Virus record (IMG/VR): IMGVR_UViG_3300026551_000003
Coordinates: 1 to 53,022 of that record
Source: a virus
Lineage: Duplodnaviria; Caudoviricetes
DNA length: 53,022 nucleotides
Direction: 5' to 3' (one strand)
The notes under the pieces are model-generated. The model was not told the origin of the DNA, made no database searches, and saw only the letters and a program-made list of their open reading frames with translations. The translations under genes were made by a program, and so were the position numbers. Below are positions 1 through 10,332 of this stretch, in pieces (position 1 is the stretch's first letter; every line of letters starts with the position of its first letter).

Positions 1-232
1 CTTACGGTCCAGGCACCTGGAACATTCAGATCCCGAACCCGACGCAGGTGTTCGACATGGACACCTTCTCGTTCGACATCGACGATGTGGGTGCGGAGCA
101 GTTCCGGCTTAAGAGTACGCGCGGTGCACAGTTTGCCAGCTTCGGTGAGCGCTCGTGTCAGATGACGACGACGCGCGACTTCCTGACCAACGCCGACTAC
201 GTCAACTTCATCAGCGTGTTGGGACAGAAGAT
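1..232. repeat. Terminal overlap, copy 1 (circular assembly)
   Basis: Identical to 52791-53022 except C127 vs T52917. Confidence 0.97.
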
Positions 233-428
233 CACTGTCCTTGCGACGAACGGTGTTAACAACAACATCCAGTTCGACCTGTTCAACGCGATCAAGGACG
301 TGTATCAGGTGCCGCTCTCTGGAGTTGGCAACCTGATACGTGCCTCGATCACCTACCAGACCGTACTCGACGGTTCCGGCAACGAGTACGACATCATTTA
401 CAAGACTCAGGAAACAATCGTTCCTTAG
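1..428 (+). CDS. Major tail (tube) protein, 3' part
   Basis: In-frame continuation of the gene starting at 52283; stop TAG at 426-428. Confidence 0.85.
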   Translation, partial: YGPGTWNIQIPNPTQVFDMDTFSFDIDDVGAEQFRLKSTRGAQFASFGERSCQMTTTRDFLTNADYVNFISVLGQKITVLATNGVNNNIQFDLFNAIKDVYQVPLSGVGNLIRASITYQTVLDGSGNEYDIIYKTQETIVP

Positions 429-455
429 TCCAGATGATTCTTTGAGGGAGGAATC

Positions 456-905
456 ATGCCACGTGCCACTGTGTCTACCGAACCCGAGCGATTCGATCTA
501 GCGTCGCTACCAGAGGGCTGGGTTCTGCTTCGTCGTATGTCCTACGGCGAACGCCTGCATCGTCAGGACATGGCGATGCAGATGTCCATGGAAGCCGATC
601 AGCGCAAGAAGACTGCGCAGATGAACGTCACCCCTGCTCAGACGGCGGTCGCCAACTTCGAGCTGAAGACCTGCGTCATAGATCACAATCTCGAGGACGA
701 GTCAGGACGCAAGCTCGACTTCAAGAACCCGCTCGACTGCGCTCAGCTCGACGGACGTATCGGTGAGGAAATCGCCAACTTCATCGACACGATGCACGAC
801 TGGGAGGTGCAGCTCCCAAACTCCGAAGTGAGATCCGTAAGCTCGTCTGGGCGAACCGTCCTTCAGGGGAAAGTAGTTTCGCACGATCAGGAGAAGAAGA
901 AGTAG
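456..905 (+). CDS. Tail assembly chaperone (gpG-like)
   Basis: Between tail tube and tape measure genes; RBS GGGAGG; contains slippery heptamer CCCAAAC at 815-821. Confidence 0.85.
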   Translation: MPRATVSTEPERFDLASLPEGWVLLRRMSYGERLHRQDMAMQMSMEADQRKKTAQMNVTPAQTAVANFELKTCVIDHNLEDESGRKLDFKNPLDCAQLDGRIGEEIANFIDTMHDWEVQLPNSEVRSVSSSGRTVLQGKVVSHDQEKKK

Positions 906-1087
906 CGCAGCAGCTAGTAGCACTGACTAATGCCTGTCGAGAGCTTCATTGTCTGCCAAGGACGGGTGGCTGGCTTGATCAGGATTGCTTCCTCGTAGAG
1001 GGAATGGATCTGGTCATCATGGAGCAGCAGGCCAAGGAGGCAGAAGAGCAGCACAAGCGGGAGCTGGAAGCGAATAGGAGGAGGTAG
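456..1087 (+). CDS. Tail assembly chaperone, -1 frameshift product (gpGT-like)
   Basis: C CCA AAC at 815-821 is in X XXY YYZ phase. The -1 frame stays open (LRSEIRKLVW...CRELHCLPRTGGWLDQD...ANRRR) to TAG 1085-1087, just before the tape measure start at 1089. Confidence 0.78.
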
Positions 1088-1088
1088 C

Positions 1089-4000
1089 GTGCCGCTCGGT
1101 GTACGTGAGGTCCTTCTCGTCGTCAGAGCTCAAAACATGAGCTCTGGCGTTCTTCGCAACTTGGCGGGTGACTTTAACAACCTCAACGCGTCAGCTAAGA
1201 GGGCTGCTGAACAGCAGATGCAGACGGGTTCTGCATTGATGGCTGTCGGTACAGGCATTGCTGCAGTTGGTGGTGCTGGACTACTGTTCTTGGGCAAGGC
1301 GACAGCGGCTGCAATGGAGTACAATCGTCAAGTCGCCTTGACCAAGACACAGATGTACGGAGTCAAGGCTAGCTTCGATGACGTTGCTAAAGCTGGCCTT
1401 GACGTGGCACGAAAAGTTGCCGTTCCGCTCGACCAGATTCAGCAGGGCCTATATGACATCTTCTCCTCGATGGATGTCAACATGACACAGGCCAAGTTTC
1501 TCCTGATGAACTTTGCTAAGGAGGCTGTCGCAGGCCAAGTCGATCTGAGCGTAGCTGAACGCGCTACGATCGGTGTCATGAACTCGTACCACATGAAGGT
1601 CCAGGACGTAATCAAGGTCCAGGACGTCATGTTCAACCTGGTCAAGTATGGCGTTGGTACCTACGAGAACTTTGCCAATGTAATTGGTCGCGTTACTCCG
1701 TCTGCTGTTCGTGCGAATCAGACGTTTGAAGTAACCGCAGGGATGATGGCGTTTCTCACGAGGAACGGTCTCTCCGCTGCTAACGCTGCTGCCTCTGCGG
1801 GTCGAGCCCTGGATGCTATAGGCAAGTCTCGAGACAAGATTGCTAGCCTAGGTAAGACCGTGATCGGTGCTCTCGGTCCAGACGTTGCCAAGAAGCTAGG
1901 CTTCACGGCACAGACGATGATTAAGGTCACAGACTCTGCAGGACGTCTGCTTCCTATCAACAACATCATGACGAACTTGGGCAAGGCTCTAAGTGGTCTG
2001 AATCCGACGCAGCTGAACGACGTTCTCACAGCTATGTTCAAGGGCACAGGCGGAACGATTCAGGCGATGAGGTTCTTCAACGTCGCCATTCATAACTTCG
2101 CACAGCTCAATCAGCTAACGAACGATATGTACACAAGCAGAGGCGCGCTACAGGCTGCCTACGGTATAATGGCTAACACGCCTGCAGCTAAAATCCAACT
2201 GCTCAGGAACGCCTTCAAGGCCTTCATGATTGTGCTAGGTGATCAGTTGCTGCCTGTAGTGGGGAAGGTAGCAGGAGTACTAGCGGAGTTCTTCAGACTC
2301 ATAGGGTCCTTGCCGAAGCCTGTTCTGAAAGTCATTGCTATCGTTCTAGCAGTGGTATCGGTGCTATTGGTGCTTGCAGGTATTGTCTTGATCGTCGTTG
2401 GTGCTTGGATGGTGCTCTCCGCTGTCATTGCTGCAGCGTCAATACCCTTTGCTGCGATTGCGCTTGTCATAGGCATTATCATAGCTGTCGTTGCAGCACT
2501 AGCCGTTTCTGCGTACTTCATCTACAAGTACTGGGGCCCAATTAGCAAGTGGTTCCACCAGATGTGGTTTGATATGTGGAAGTGGATAGACCATATCTGG
2601 CAGAGCATCTACAAGTCGATATACGACGCCTGGAATAAGATCAAGGGCGTCTTTCTGAGTATCCAGAAGTGGGTCTCCACCAACTTCGATAAATGGTGGA
2701 AGACTCATGGCGACTCTATCAAGCTGATCTGGAAGCAGATCTGGGATGGAGTAGCTGAGAACTTCCGCGTCGTTTGGGACGTCATCTCAGGCATCTTCAA
2801 GACCGCGTGGGCGATTATAGAGACGGTAGTGAAGGTAGGCTGGAACGTAGTTGTACTTGGCCTTAAGGTCGGCTGGAACGTTCTTGTAGGCGTCTTTAGA
2901 GCTGCTTGGGCTGTAATCGTTGCACTGTTCAAGGTCTCGTGGGCTATTGTCTCTGCCATAGTCAAGATCGGTATGGCAGGCATCGAATCAGTAGTGAAGA
3001 TATTCTGGGATGTGATCGTAGGCATCTTTAGCATCTTCCTCGACCTCATCACAGGCCATTGGCATACAGCCCTAGTTGACATGAGAAACATGGGCATTCA
3101 GGTCTGGAATGCTATCAAGCAGTTTCTCGTAGCAGTTTGGCATGCGATCTACAGCGCTGGTACACCAATCTTCAACGCACTCAAGAACGGTGTAGTTGGC
3201 GTATGGCATGCGATCTACAACACGACCCAGCAGGTCTGGGGCAGTATCAAGTCCTTCCTGTCCTCTACTTGGGGCGCGATCGTAAGTGGTACTAAGACTA
3301 CGGTGAGTGGACTAGGTAGGATCTGGCAAGGCATCGAAGGAGCCTTCAAGATTCCTGTCAACTTCGTCATCGGTACTGTTTACGATAGTGGCATTCGGGC
3401 TCTTTGGAATACAGTCGTGAATGCCATAGGCCTAAGCAACCTCGACCTTCCATTCGTGAAGACGCTGGCGTCAGGCGGCAAGATCCCTGGGTTCGGTGGC
3501 GGAGATAAGTATCCGGCGTTGCTAGAGGCAGGCGAAGCTGTCGTCGACAAGAACAGGACACGCAAGTACGCCTGGCTCTTGTCGATGATGGGCGTTCCTG
3601 GAATGGCTGCAGGTGGCGTTGTACCACTACCTGGCGGGCACGGTGGCGGAGCGCCAGGCAGAGGTGGTACAGGTATAGGTTCTATCATCAGCAGCGTCAT
3701 TAACGTTGCTGGTGCAGTTGCGAAAATGACTGCAGCCGCTGTGACAGGCAACCAGGTAGCCTTTACCAACGCCTTCGTCAGTGCCTTCCCGCATGCCGCC
3801 GGAGCAGGCGAGCTAGCTTCCATAATCGCTACACTACCTGTCGCACTCGCAAAGAAGATGATCTCGGGCCTGTGGAACACAATAGCAGGGACCGGGGGCG
3901 GTGCTGCTACATACAAGCCTGGCGCGGGTGTGGAACAGTGGCGAAGCCTTGTCGCTCGTACGCTAGGTATGGAAGGCTTGTCGGGCCAGCTTGTCGATGC

Positions 4001-5543
4001 AGTACTGTACCAGATGCAGACCGAGTCTGGTGGTAATCCTCGTGCAATCAACCTGACCGACATTAACGCTCAGCATGGCGACCCGTCAAAGGGTCTGATG
4101 CAGGTTATCATGTCTACGTTCCGGGCTTACCACTGGCCAGGTACTGCGTTTGACGTTTACAACCCACTCGCGAACATTGCAGCAGCTCTCAACTACGCGA
4201 AAGCCAACTACGGACCCGGACTTCGGAACGCCTACGGTGGTATCGGTACGGGTCACGGTTACGCTGGTGGTACCCGGGGAGCTATGCCTGGCTGGGCCTG
4301 GGTAGGAGAGCATGGACCTGAGCTAGTTCGTTTCCTTGGTGGCGAAACTGTACTTGATACAGTAACTTCGATGCTAGCGAGTTTTGGAACGCATAGGGGG
4401 TACGCTACAGGAACCAATCCTTCTCAGCAACAGATTTTGGCTTTGCGTTTGCAGTCGTATGAGTTGGAGCTGAGGCATGTTAGGACCTCTGCTGCACGCC
4501 TTCGCATTGAGGCTGAAATCCTGACTGTGCAGAGGCAACTGTATAAGCTAGCACATCCGGCAAATAGGATCGCACCCATCGCGCATCCGACTGCTGAGCA
4601 GATTACAGGAATAAGGATTGCTGACGCCTATTTCTCAGGGTTGGTAAATACCCTAAGCAAGATTCGAACTGAGCAGACGGATGCGATCAAGGCAATCCAA
4701 AGGTACTACAGCGGTGGTGCTGCGACTTGGCGCGAGCGAACTATTGACCGACAGTCGAACCAGTTGGCTAGTTTGGTCAGTAAGCTAGCGGCTCTTACCG
4801 CTCAGCATAACGCTGCAGTAGCGTATCAGTCACAAGTCGCTTCTAGCCTAGCAGGCTACGGTGCTTTGTCGAATATCACTTTGGCCTCTGGCGCTACAGC
4901 TACTGCATCAGGTGCGATTCGACCAACTGGTGCTGGTACGGTAGATACTAGTCTCCAGGGTCAGCTGCATCAGAAGCTAGCGCAGCTGAAGAAGTTTGCT
5001 GCTATTCTGATGCAGCTACGTAGGATGGGATTGTCGTCGGATCTTCTTCAGCAGGTCATAGCAATGGGACCTGATGATGGCTACACTTATGCTCTGGCGA
5101 TATTGGGAAGCGGTAGAGGTGGAATTCTCGACATCAATCGAACAGAGGCAGCGATCGTTTCCGCTGCAGGCGGTGTAGCACACAATGCTGCTGTTGCTGT
5201 GTATGGGAAGGCTGTAGTAGACGGGTTCAAGTCTCAGCAGGCAGCGCTGGAGAAGATGATGCGTCACCTTGGTCAGGTGATGGGCCAAGAAGTTGCGCTG
5301 TGGTTGAGAGTACCGAGCTCGAAGCTGCCGCACTATGCAGGTGGCTCCTGGTACGTGCCCCAGACTGGGCTTGCTCTAGTCCACGAAGGCGAGATGATCT
5401 TGAGCAGAGGAGTTGCGGGTAGAGCTCGGGCTGGTGCAGGTATAGGTGGTGCAACTCAGAACTTCTACATTACTACACAGGAAATCGATCCACGTAGGCA
5501 CGCAGCGGAACTAGGATGGGAACTAGCAAGGAGGTCTAGTTAG
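1089..5543 (+). CDS. Tape measure protein with lytic transglycosylase (SLT-like) domain
   Basis: 1484 aa; Ala-rich helical N-terminus, hydrophobic segment, periodic Trp repeats, then ESGGNPRAIN...SKGLMQ...NIAAALNY transglycosylase motifs. Confidence 0.95.
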   Translation: MPLGVREVLLVVRAQNMSSGVLRNLAGDFNNLNASAKRAAEQQMQTGSALMAVGTGIAAVGGAGLLFLGKATAAAMEYNRQVALTKTQMYGVKASFDDVAKAGLDVARKVAVPLDQIQQGLYDIFSSMDVNMTQAKFLLMNFAKEAVAGQVDLSVAERATIGVMNSYHMKVQDVIKVQDVMFNLVKYGVGTYENFANVIGRVTPSAVRANQTFEVTAGMMAFLTRNGLSAANAAASAGRALDAIGKSRDKIASLGKTVIGALGPDVAKKLGFTAQTMIKVTDSAGRLLPINNIMTNLGKALSGLNPTQLNDVLTAMFKGTGGTIQAMRFFNVAIHNFAQLNQLTNDMYTSRGALQAAYGIMANTPAAKIQLLRNAFKAFMIVLGDQLLPVVGKVAGVLAEFFRLIGSLPKPVLKVIAIVLAVVSVLLVLAGIVLIVVGAWMVLSAVIAAASIPFAAIALVIGIIIAVVAALAVSAYFIYKYWGPISKWFHQMWFDMWKWIDHIWQSIYKSIYDAWNKIKGVFLSIQKWVSTNFDKWWKTHGDSIKLIWKQIWDGVAENFRVVWDVISGIFKTAWAIIETVVKVGWNVVVLGLKVGWNVLVGVFRAAWAVIVALFKVSWAIVSAIVKIGMAGIESVVKIFWDVIVGIFSIFLDLITGHWHTALVDMRNMGIQVWNAIKQFLVAVWHAIYSAGTPIFNALKNGVVGVWHAIYNTTQQVWGSIKSFLSSTWGAIVSGTKTTVSGLGRIWQGIEGAFKIPVNFVIGTVYDSGIRALWNTVVNAIGLSNLDLPFVKTLASGGKIPGFGGGDKYPALLEAGEAVVDKNRTRKYAWLLSMMGVPGMAAGGVVPLPGGHGGGAPGRGGTGIGSIISSVINVAGAVAKMTAAAVTGNQVAFTNAFVSAFPHAAGAGELASIIATLPVALAKKMISGLWNTIAGTGGGAATYKPGAGVEQWRSLVARTLGMEGLSGQLVDAVLYQMQTESGGNPRAINLTDINAQHGDPSKGLMQVIMSTFRAYHWPGTAFDVYNPLANIAAALNYAKANYGPGLRNAYGGIGTGHGYAGGTRGAMPGWAWVGEHGPELVRFLGGETVLDTVTSMLASFGTHRGYATGTNPSQQQILALRLQSYELELRHVRTSAARLRIEAEILTVQRQLYKLAHPANRIAPIAHPTAEQITGIRIADAYFSGLVNTLSKIRTEQTDAIKAIQRYYSGGAATWRERTIDRQSNQLASLVSKLAALTAQHNAAVAYQSQVASSLAGYGALSNITLASGATATASGAIRPTGAGTVDTSLQGQLHQKLAQLKKFAAILMQLRRMGLSSDLLQQVIAMGPDDGYTYALAILGSGRGGILDINRTEAAIVSAAGGVAHNAAVAVYGKAVVDGFKSQQAALEKMMRHLGQVMGQEVALWLRVPSSKLPHYAGGSWYVPQTGLALVHEGEMILSRGVAGRARAGAGIGGATQNFYITTQEIDPRRHAAELGWELARRSS

Positions 5544-6404
5544 ATGCCTCCAACATTGACCGACTACACTTGGGCCTTTGGTGACAGTGGTACGGTTCTT
5601 AACACTGACAGTATTGGTTTGCCTTTTGTCGACGTCCTTAGGGTGAGCGGACTCGATACTGCACCGCTGAGAACATCGACTGATGAACATCAGGGTATGG
5701 ATGGCACGTACATTGATACACCGTTCTTGTCCTCCAGGACGATTGTTATTGAGGGCAACCTCTATGCTAATCCTAGCGACCCTGATACATTGCTAAACTC
5801 ACTTCGCGCTGACTATGCCAACAGTGCAGTGAGGCCCTTCTACATCCAGCTGCCTGGGCAGACTACTAAGTTCGTTAATTGTCAGGGTGGCGGAATAGTC
5901 TACGACGTCGGTATGGGTAGGCGCGTAGGTATGACGCCTGTGCAGATGACGTTGCTGGCTGAGGACCCGTACATCTACGACTACCCCCCGCAGCGCGTCT
6001 CTGTAGCAGTGCCTACGTTGTCCGTATTGGGTACGTCGTTCAATATGTCGTTCAACGTAGGCTTCGGTGGTGCACTCCCGAACTACGGCGCTACCGTCAG
6101 CAACAATGGTACGCATACAGCTTACCCGCTCATCACGATCACGGGGCCTGTTACCAATCCGGTTCTGACCGATAGCTACAGTGGCACTTCGATGGCACTT
6201 TCCATCTCGCTGTCGGCTGGCGATATACTGGTAATTGATACCAGACTAAAGTCGATTGTCCTGAATGGTACAGTTAGTCGTCGTACGGCGATGGCAGGTT
6301 TGAAGTGGATTAGTGTTCCGCCTGGGATTTCTGATACCATTTCATTCACTGCAGACTCGGGTACAGGGTCTTGTACCGTTACGCTTTACAACACCTACTA
6401 CTAA
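5544..6404 (+). CDS. Distal tail protein (Dit-like)
   Basis: Directly follows the tape measure gene; GLD...DG...R-I-I-G, AEDPYIY and N-GT--AYP-ITITGP-TNP patterns typical of siphophage Dit. Confidence 0.85.
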   Translation: MPPTLTDYTWAFGDSGTVLNTDSIGLPFVDVLRVSGLDTAPLRTSTDEHQGMDGTYIDTPFLSSRTIVIEGNLYANPSDPDTLLNSLRADYANSAVRPFYIQLPGQTTKFVNCQGGGIVYDVGMGRRVGMTPVQMTLLAEDPYIYDYPPQRVSVAVPTLSVLGTSFNMSFNVGFGGALPNYGATVSNNGTHTAYPLITITGPVTNPVLTDSYSGTSMALSISLSAGDILVIDTRLKSIVLNGTVSRRTAMAGLKWISVPPGISDTISFTADSGTGSCTVTLYNTYY

Positions 6405-6412
6405 GGAATAGC

Positions 6413-7429
6413 ATGGCAGCGATTGAGCCCCCGTTCGTTTGTCAGGGTCGCACGGATCACCCTGCGCAGCTGTTTCGGGTAGCGCTAGCAGGAGCGTCTG
6501 GGGCGCCTTACGCTGCAGGCGGTACTAGCCCACAGGGCGGTGTCGATCCCTACATGGGTCAAGCAATGGTCGTTACCGGTCTGGCTTCACTGAACGTACA
6601 GATCGGTACAGGCCTTGTTTTCATTCCGAACACGACGGCGTGGAACGGAATGTATGCAGGCTACAACACGGCTACCTTCAACGTCGCGATTCCTGCAGTT
6701 TCTACTACGCAGTGGCGATCGGATTACATCGTTGCGCAGTGCATTGATCCTGGCGATGCCACTGCCAACTGGAACGTGTTCGATGTCGCTGGTGTCTTCT
6801 CGTCTTCGTCCCCTGGTGCATTGCCTGCATTGCCTGCGAACTCCATTCCGCTAGCAATCATTCGAGTCGTGCCAAACATGACCGTTACCAACGGTGGTGG
6901 CACGGTTGTCGATGCACGAGTTTGGAATGGTCTCAAGGGCATCTGGCCTACGACCTCGACCGCAAGGCCTTCGTTGACCTGCCCCAACGGGACAATGTGG
7001 TACGAGGCTGATACGTTCGCTCTCGGCGTTATCATCAACGGCGCCTACGCCTATCTCAACACAGCTTCTCCCGCAGCACAAGACCCTTGGCACAACTTCA
7101 ATCCGCTAGCAGCAGGCTGGTCTGTACCAGCAGGTGGCTTCGCCAAGTACAGGAAGACCTTCGATAACGAGGTTCAGCTAACAGCGGCGATCGCTACGAC
7201 GGTAGGTACTAGCTCTACCTGGACGACGATTACCGCTTCGCCGCTGCCTGCGGGGTATCGCCCACCTAGCAACCACATCTTCGCAGCTGCCACAGATGCT
7301 GAGTCGGCTTCTCCTAGTCAGCAATCTCCCCGGGCCCAGCTGCTCACGACTGGTCATATCCAGCTTCAGTACATTTCTACTTCGGCACTGTTTGCCGAAT
7401 TCGAAGCGCGTATTCCGTTGGATGTCTGA
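6413..7429 (+). CDS. Minor tail / tail fibre protein
   Basis: ATG after AAGGA; R-D-IVA...D.R actinophage minor-tail N-terminal pattern; C-terminal W...LPAGYRP beta domain. Confidence 0.75.
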   Translation: MAAIEPPFVCQGRTDHPAQLFRVALAGASGAPYAAGGTSPQGGVDPYMGQAMVVTGLASLNVQIGTGLVFIPNTTAWNGMYAGYNTATFNVAIPAVSTTQWRSDYIVAQCIDPGDATANWNVFDVAGVFSSSSPGALPALPANSIPLAIIRVVPNMTVTNGGGTVVDARVWNGLKGIWPTTSTARPSLTCPNGTMWYEADTFALGVIINGAYAYLNTASPAAQDPWHNFNPLAAGWSVPAGGFAKYRKTFDNEVQLTAAIATTVGTSSTWTTITASPLPAGYRPPSNHIFAAATDAESASPSQQSPRAQLLTTGHIQLQYISTSALFAEFEARIPLDV

Positions 7430-8538
7430 TGACAGCACACTACACCTACCTGGCAACCGATCTGGTATCGAACAAGATACTGGGCGAGTTGCCTGTGAAC
7501 GGCGTAACGTTGGATTGCCAACTTAACAAGGCTGGCAACATGAGCGCAGGGTGTAGACTAAGTGACAAGCGAATTCCTGACGACGAGCTCATCGCTAGGA
7601 CTACGCCAGGTAAGGCTGCGTTCTGGGTCTATCGTGAGAGTCAGATTGTTTGGGGCGGAATTATTCTCAGCCGTGAGTACCAATCGAATAGCAAGGCGCT
7701 GACGCTGACTGGACAGACATTCGAGTGCTACCCCGCTAGGCGCTTTCCTCGTTACGTACTAGGTAAGACGACGCAGCAGATGACCTTTGGCCAATGCTAC
7801 GCTATCAACTACCTCTGGCTACAGCTACAGGGAGTAGCCAGAGGTAGTATTGGTGTAGCAGCTGCTAGCCTACCGGTTATTGATCCGGTTGTTCAGCTCA
7901 CTATAAACGGGTATGACTTGTCGTCATCGTACGACGACTTGATTCAGTCGATCGTGAGCCTTAGCTCGGGACCTGACTACACGATCACTTGGGCTGAGGA
8001 CGGTCAGGGGTACCCACAGAAGCAACTAGTCGTTGCTACACCTATTGGTAACCCAGTGGGACAGACTGATTTGACTGTTGACTACCCTGGTCCTGTTGTT
8101 GACTACGTTTACACAGAGAACGCATCTGCAGGCAACAACCAGTGGTGGGCGGTAGGCGATGGCGATGGTGCAGCAGCTGTCGTAGGCTCAGCAGGAGACG
8201 CTAACGCGCTCGCCTCCGGCTACCCGCTTTGGGAAGGCGTCAACAGCTACTCAGGTGTAACAGCTCAAACTACTATTAACGCACATGCAGCTTCGGATCT
8301 GCTCTCACTCGATCTTCCTCTGGTCACTCACCATGTTGACTTGGAGGGCAACGTCTTTCCGCAATTCGGTTCGTATGGTATGGGCGACTACGTCGTTGTC
8401 AATGCAACCGATCCACGCTTCCCTCGAGGTGTACGGTTCGCCGTTCGTGCAATTGGTTGGACGATACAACCTCCAGATGAAGGCCAGGGCACGGAGAAGA
8501 TTTCGCTCGTGTTCGACGAGTCCACAGGGGGTCAGTGA
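7429..8538 (+). CDS. Minor tail protein (baseplate hub / Tal-like)
   Basis: TGATG coupling; DLVS..ILGELP, IVWGGII and YGMGD-V-V motifs typical of actinophage hub proteins. Confidence 0.8.
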   Translation: MTAHYTYLATDLVSNKILGELPVNGVTLDCQLNKAGNMSAGCRLSDKRIPDDELIARTTPGKAAFWVYRESQIVWGGIILSREYQSNSKALTLTGQTFECYPARRFPRYVLGKTTQQMTFGQCYAINYLWLQLQGVARGSIGVAAASLPVIDPVVQLTINGYDLSSSYDDLIQSIVSLSSGPDYTITWAEDGQGYPQKQLVVATPIGNPVGQTDLTVDYPGPVVDYVYTENASAGNNQWWAVGDGDGAAAVVGSAGDANALASGYPLWEGVNSYSGVTAQTTINAHAASDLLSLDLPLVTHHVDLEGNVFPQFGSYGMGDYVVVNATDPRFPRGVRFAVRAIGWTIQPPDEGQGTEKISLVFDESTGGQ

Positions 8539-9503
8539 TGCCGCGCTACCAGCAAGCTGCGACGTTTGACCTGGTAAGGTCAGTGAAGAACATTCAGGTG
8601 TCATTGAAGCAGCTTCAGATTCAGAGTCCTGGATCTGTGCGTAAGAACTTGAATCAGGTAACGGCGTCACTAGGTCAGAACGGGTACTTCTGGGGCGGCG
8701 ACACCACTGGTTGGGTAGGACTTAACGGTACGTTCGCTGTTGTAAGCGACCCTCCTGCAGGTGCAACCTACCCTCATGCCGGAATGTACGTCAACGATGG
8801 CGTTACCGTAGGCGGAGGCGCGATGGAATCAGCTAATGCGCCTTTTCCCGTTACGCCCTTGCAGCAGTATCTAGTCACAGCGCTAGTGAACTCGTCTTTG
8901 GGGTCGGTGCAGCTAGGATTTGACTGGCAGGACTCAACACACAGTTTTCTCGCAGGACCCACCAACCAGACGTTTACGGTCGTTGCTAACACGTGGACGC
9001 AGCTGTCAGCCATACAAACTGCACCTCTGACTGCAGCTTACGCATATCCTCGGGTGGGAACGCCTAATGCAGATAGCAGCACCACGTTTGCTCAGGCCGT
9101 CTCCGTTACGCCAGTATGCGTGCCAGGCCTATGGCAAGACATGCGACCACTTAGTAACTCCTTTGTCGGTACAATTACTAACGAGTTGCCTCCGCAGTAC
9201 AGACTGAACGCTGATGGTACTGTCGAGGTAGCTGGTGCTATACAGCTTCCGGCTGCCGGAGCGTATAACGGCATAACGTTCTTCACGTTCCCCGCTGGAT
9301 ATAGGAGCCTAAGGTTCTACTCGTGGCCAGTCGTCCAGGTCGGCGGAGCTATGAGTACGGACTCTAACGTAGGCTCACCGCGTTCCTACACAGACTCAAC
9401 GGGCATACTACAAGTGTTCGGTATATCGCCAGCTATCAATAGCAGCGTCGTTCGCATTGGTGGAAGGTATCCAGTCAACTCACCAGGTCTTATTACTATC
9501 TAG
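8535..9503 (+). CDS. Tail fibre / receptor-binding protein with carbohydrate-binding-like domain
   Basis: N-terminal coiled coil; VTP-QQY...ANTWTQLS...AP-TAAYA CBM-like segment; C-terminal FPAGYR domain resembling that of 6413..7429. Confidence 0.7.
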   Translation: MMPRYQQAATFDLVRSVKNIQVSLKQLQIQSPGSVRKNLNQVTASLGQNGYFWGGDTTGWVGLNGTFAVVSDPPAGATYPHAGMYVNDGVTVGGGAMESANAPFPVTPLQQYLVTALVNSSLGSVQLGFDWQDSTHSFLAGPTNQTFTVVANTWTQLSAIQTAPLTAAYAYPRVGTPNADSSTTFAQAVSVTPVCVPGLWQDMRPLSNSFVGTITNELPPQYRLNADGTVEVAGAIQLPAAGAYNGITFFTFPAGYRSLRFYSWPVVQVGGAMSTDSNVGSPRSYTDSTGILQVFGISPAINSSVVRIGGRYPVNSPGLITI

Positions 9504-9510
9504 GAAAGAT

Positions 9511-9810
9511 GTGGACGTAAATTCGCTTCTGTCGCTTGTCACTGGAGGAGCTGGTGCCGTAACTGTGCTGGTGATCTTCTTGACGTTGATTCTTTCGGAC
9601 AAGCTACACACAGATGGCGAGTTCCAACGCCTGGTAGAGGCAGATGTGAGAAAGGATGAGACTATTGAGGAGCTTACGAAAGCACTGGAGGCAGCCTCCG
9701 AGCGGGGAGATGCGGCTGTTCGTGCGTCAGAACTGATAGCAAGCGCATTCACCTCTGGACGAAGGAGAAGTCGTGCCCCTGTGGAATCGCCTACGTCTTC
9801 GGCGGGCTGA
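9511..9810 (+). CDS. Membrane protein in lysis cassette
   Basis: One N-terminal transmembrane segment plus coiled coil; GTG after AGGAAAG. Confidence 0.6.
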   Translation: MDVNSLLSLVTGGAGAVTVLVIFLTLILSDKLHTDGEFQRLVEADVRKDETIEELTKALEAASERGDAAVRASELIASAFTSGRRRSRAPVESPTSSAG

Positions 9811-9991
9811 AGGAGATAGGAAGGTCGAAGAGGCAAACGGTTCGTTGGCCGAGGCGAAGCGTGTTAGGAAGGAGCAGGAGCGTAAGTTGGAACAGGAGAA
9901 GGAGTCTGTAGTTAAGCGCTTGGATAGGCTTGCTGGGAATGACCGTATAGCGGAAACGATTATACTGCGCCTTCGGGAGGGTAGAAGATGA
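9773..9991 (+). CDS. Hypothetical charged coiled-coil protein
   Basis: RBS AAGGAG; ATGA overlap with the next gene. Confidence 0.6.
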   Translation: MPLWNRLRLRRAEGDRKVEEANGSLAEAKRVRKEQERKLEQEKESVVKRLDRLAGNDRIAETIILRLREGRR

Positions 9992-10320
9992 GACTAGGTC
10001 TTGAGATTGGTAGCATTGCTTCGATTGTTACCATTGCGTGTTGGATCGGAGTGTATTCCTATCTGGAACGGTGGTGGACAGGTCACGTTGGCCAGTCTCT
10101 AGTTGAGTTTGCCTTGTATGCAATGGTCACTCCGGCGTTGTTTATCCTGTCGTTGTTTTGGCATTTGAGCAGGAGTACTAACCATGTGCTAGGTTGGGTT
10201 GAGGTTGTGCTTCTATGCGTCCTCATACCCTTCGGTATGGTACGTCGAATCCGCACTTGGTGGATTGGTGCAAAGTCGGGCGACAAGGGACGTCTGCCCG
10301 CAGGAAAGAAAGACGAGTAA
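9988..10320 (+). CDS. Putative holin (three transmembrane segments)
   Basis: Three hydrophobic helices, basic C-terminus, directly upstream of the endolysin. Confidence 0.65.
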   Translation: MRLGLEIGSIASIVTIACWIGVYSYLERWWTGHVGQSLVEFALYAMVTPALFILSLFWHLSRSTNHVLGWVEVVLLCVLIPFGMVRRIRTWWIGAKSGDKGRLPAGKKDE

Positions 10321-10332
10321 CAAGGAGGCGGA

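Noticed and set aside
1-232. Biological direct terminal repeat
   Set aside because: The repeat falls in the middle of the tail tube gene, which fits an assembly overlap of a circular or permuted genome.
866-873. Lambda-type GGGAAAG slippery site
   Set aside because: It is phased GGG AAA G in the chaperone frame, not X XXY YYZ; CCCAAAC at 815-821 is correctly phased.
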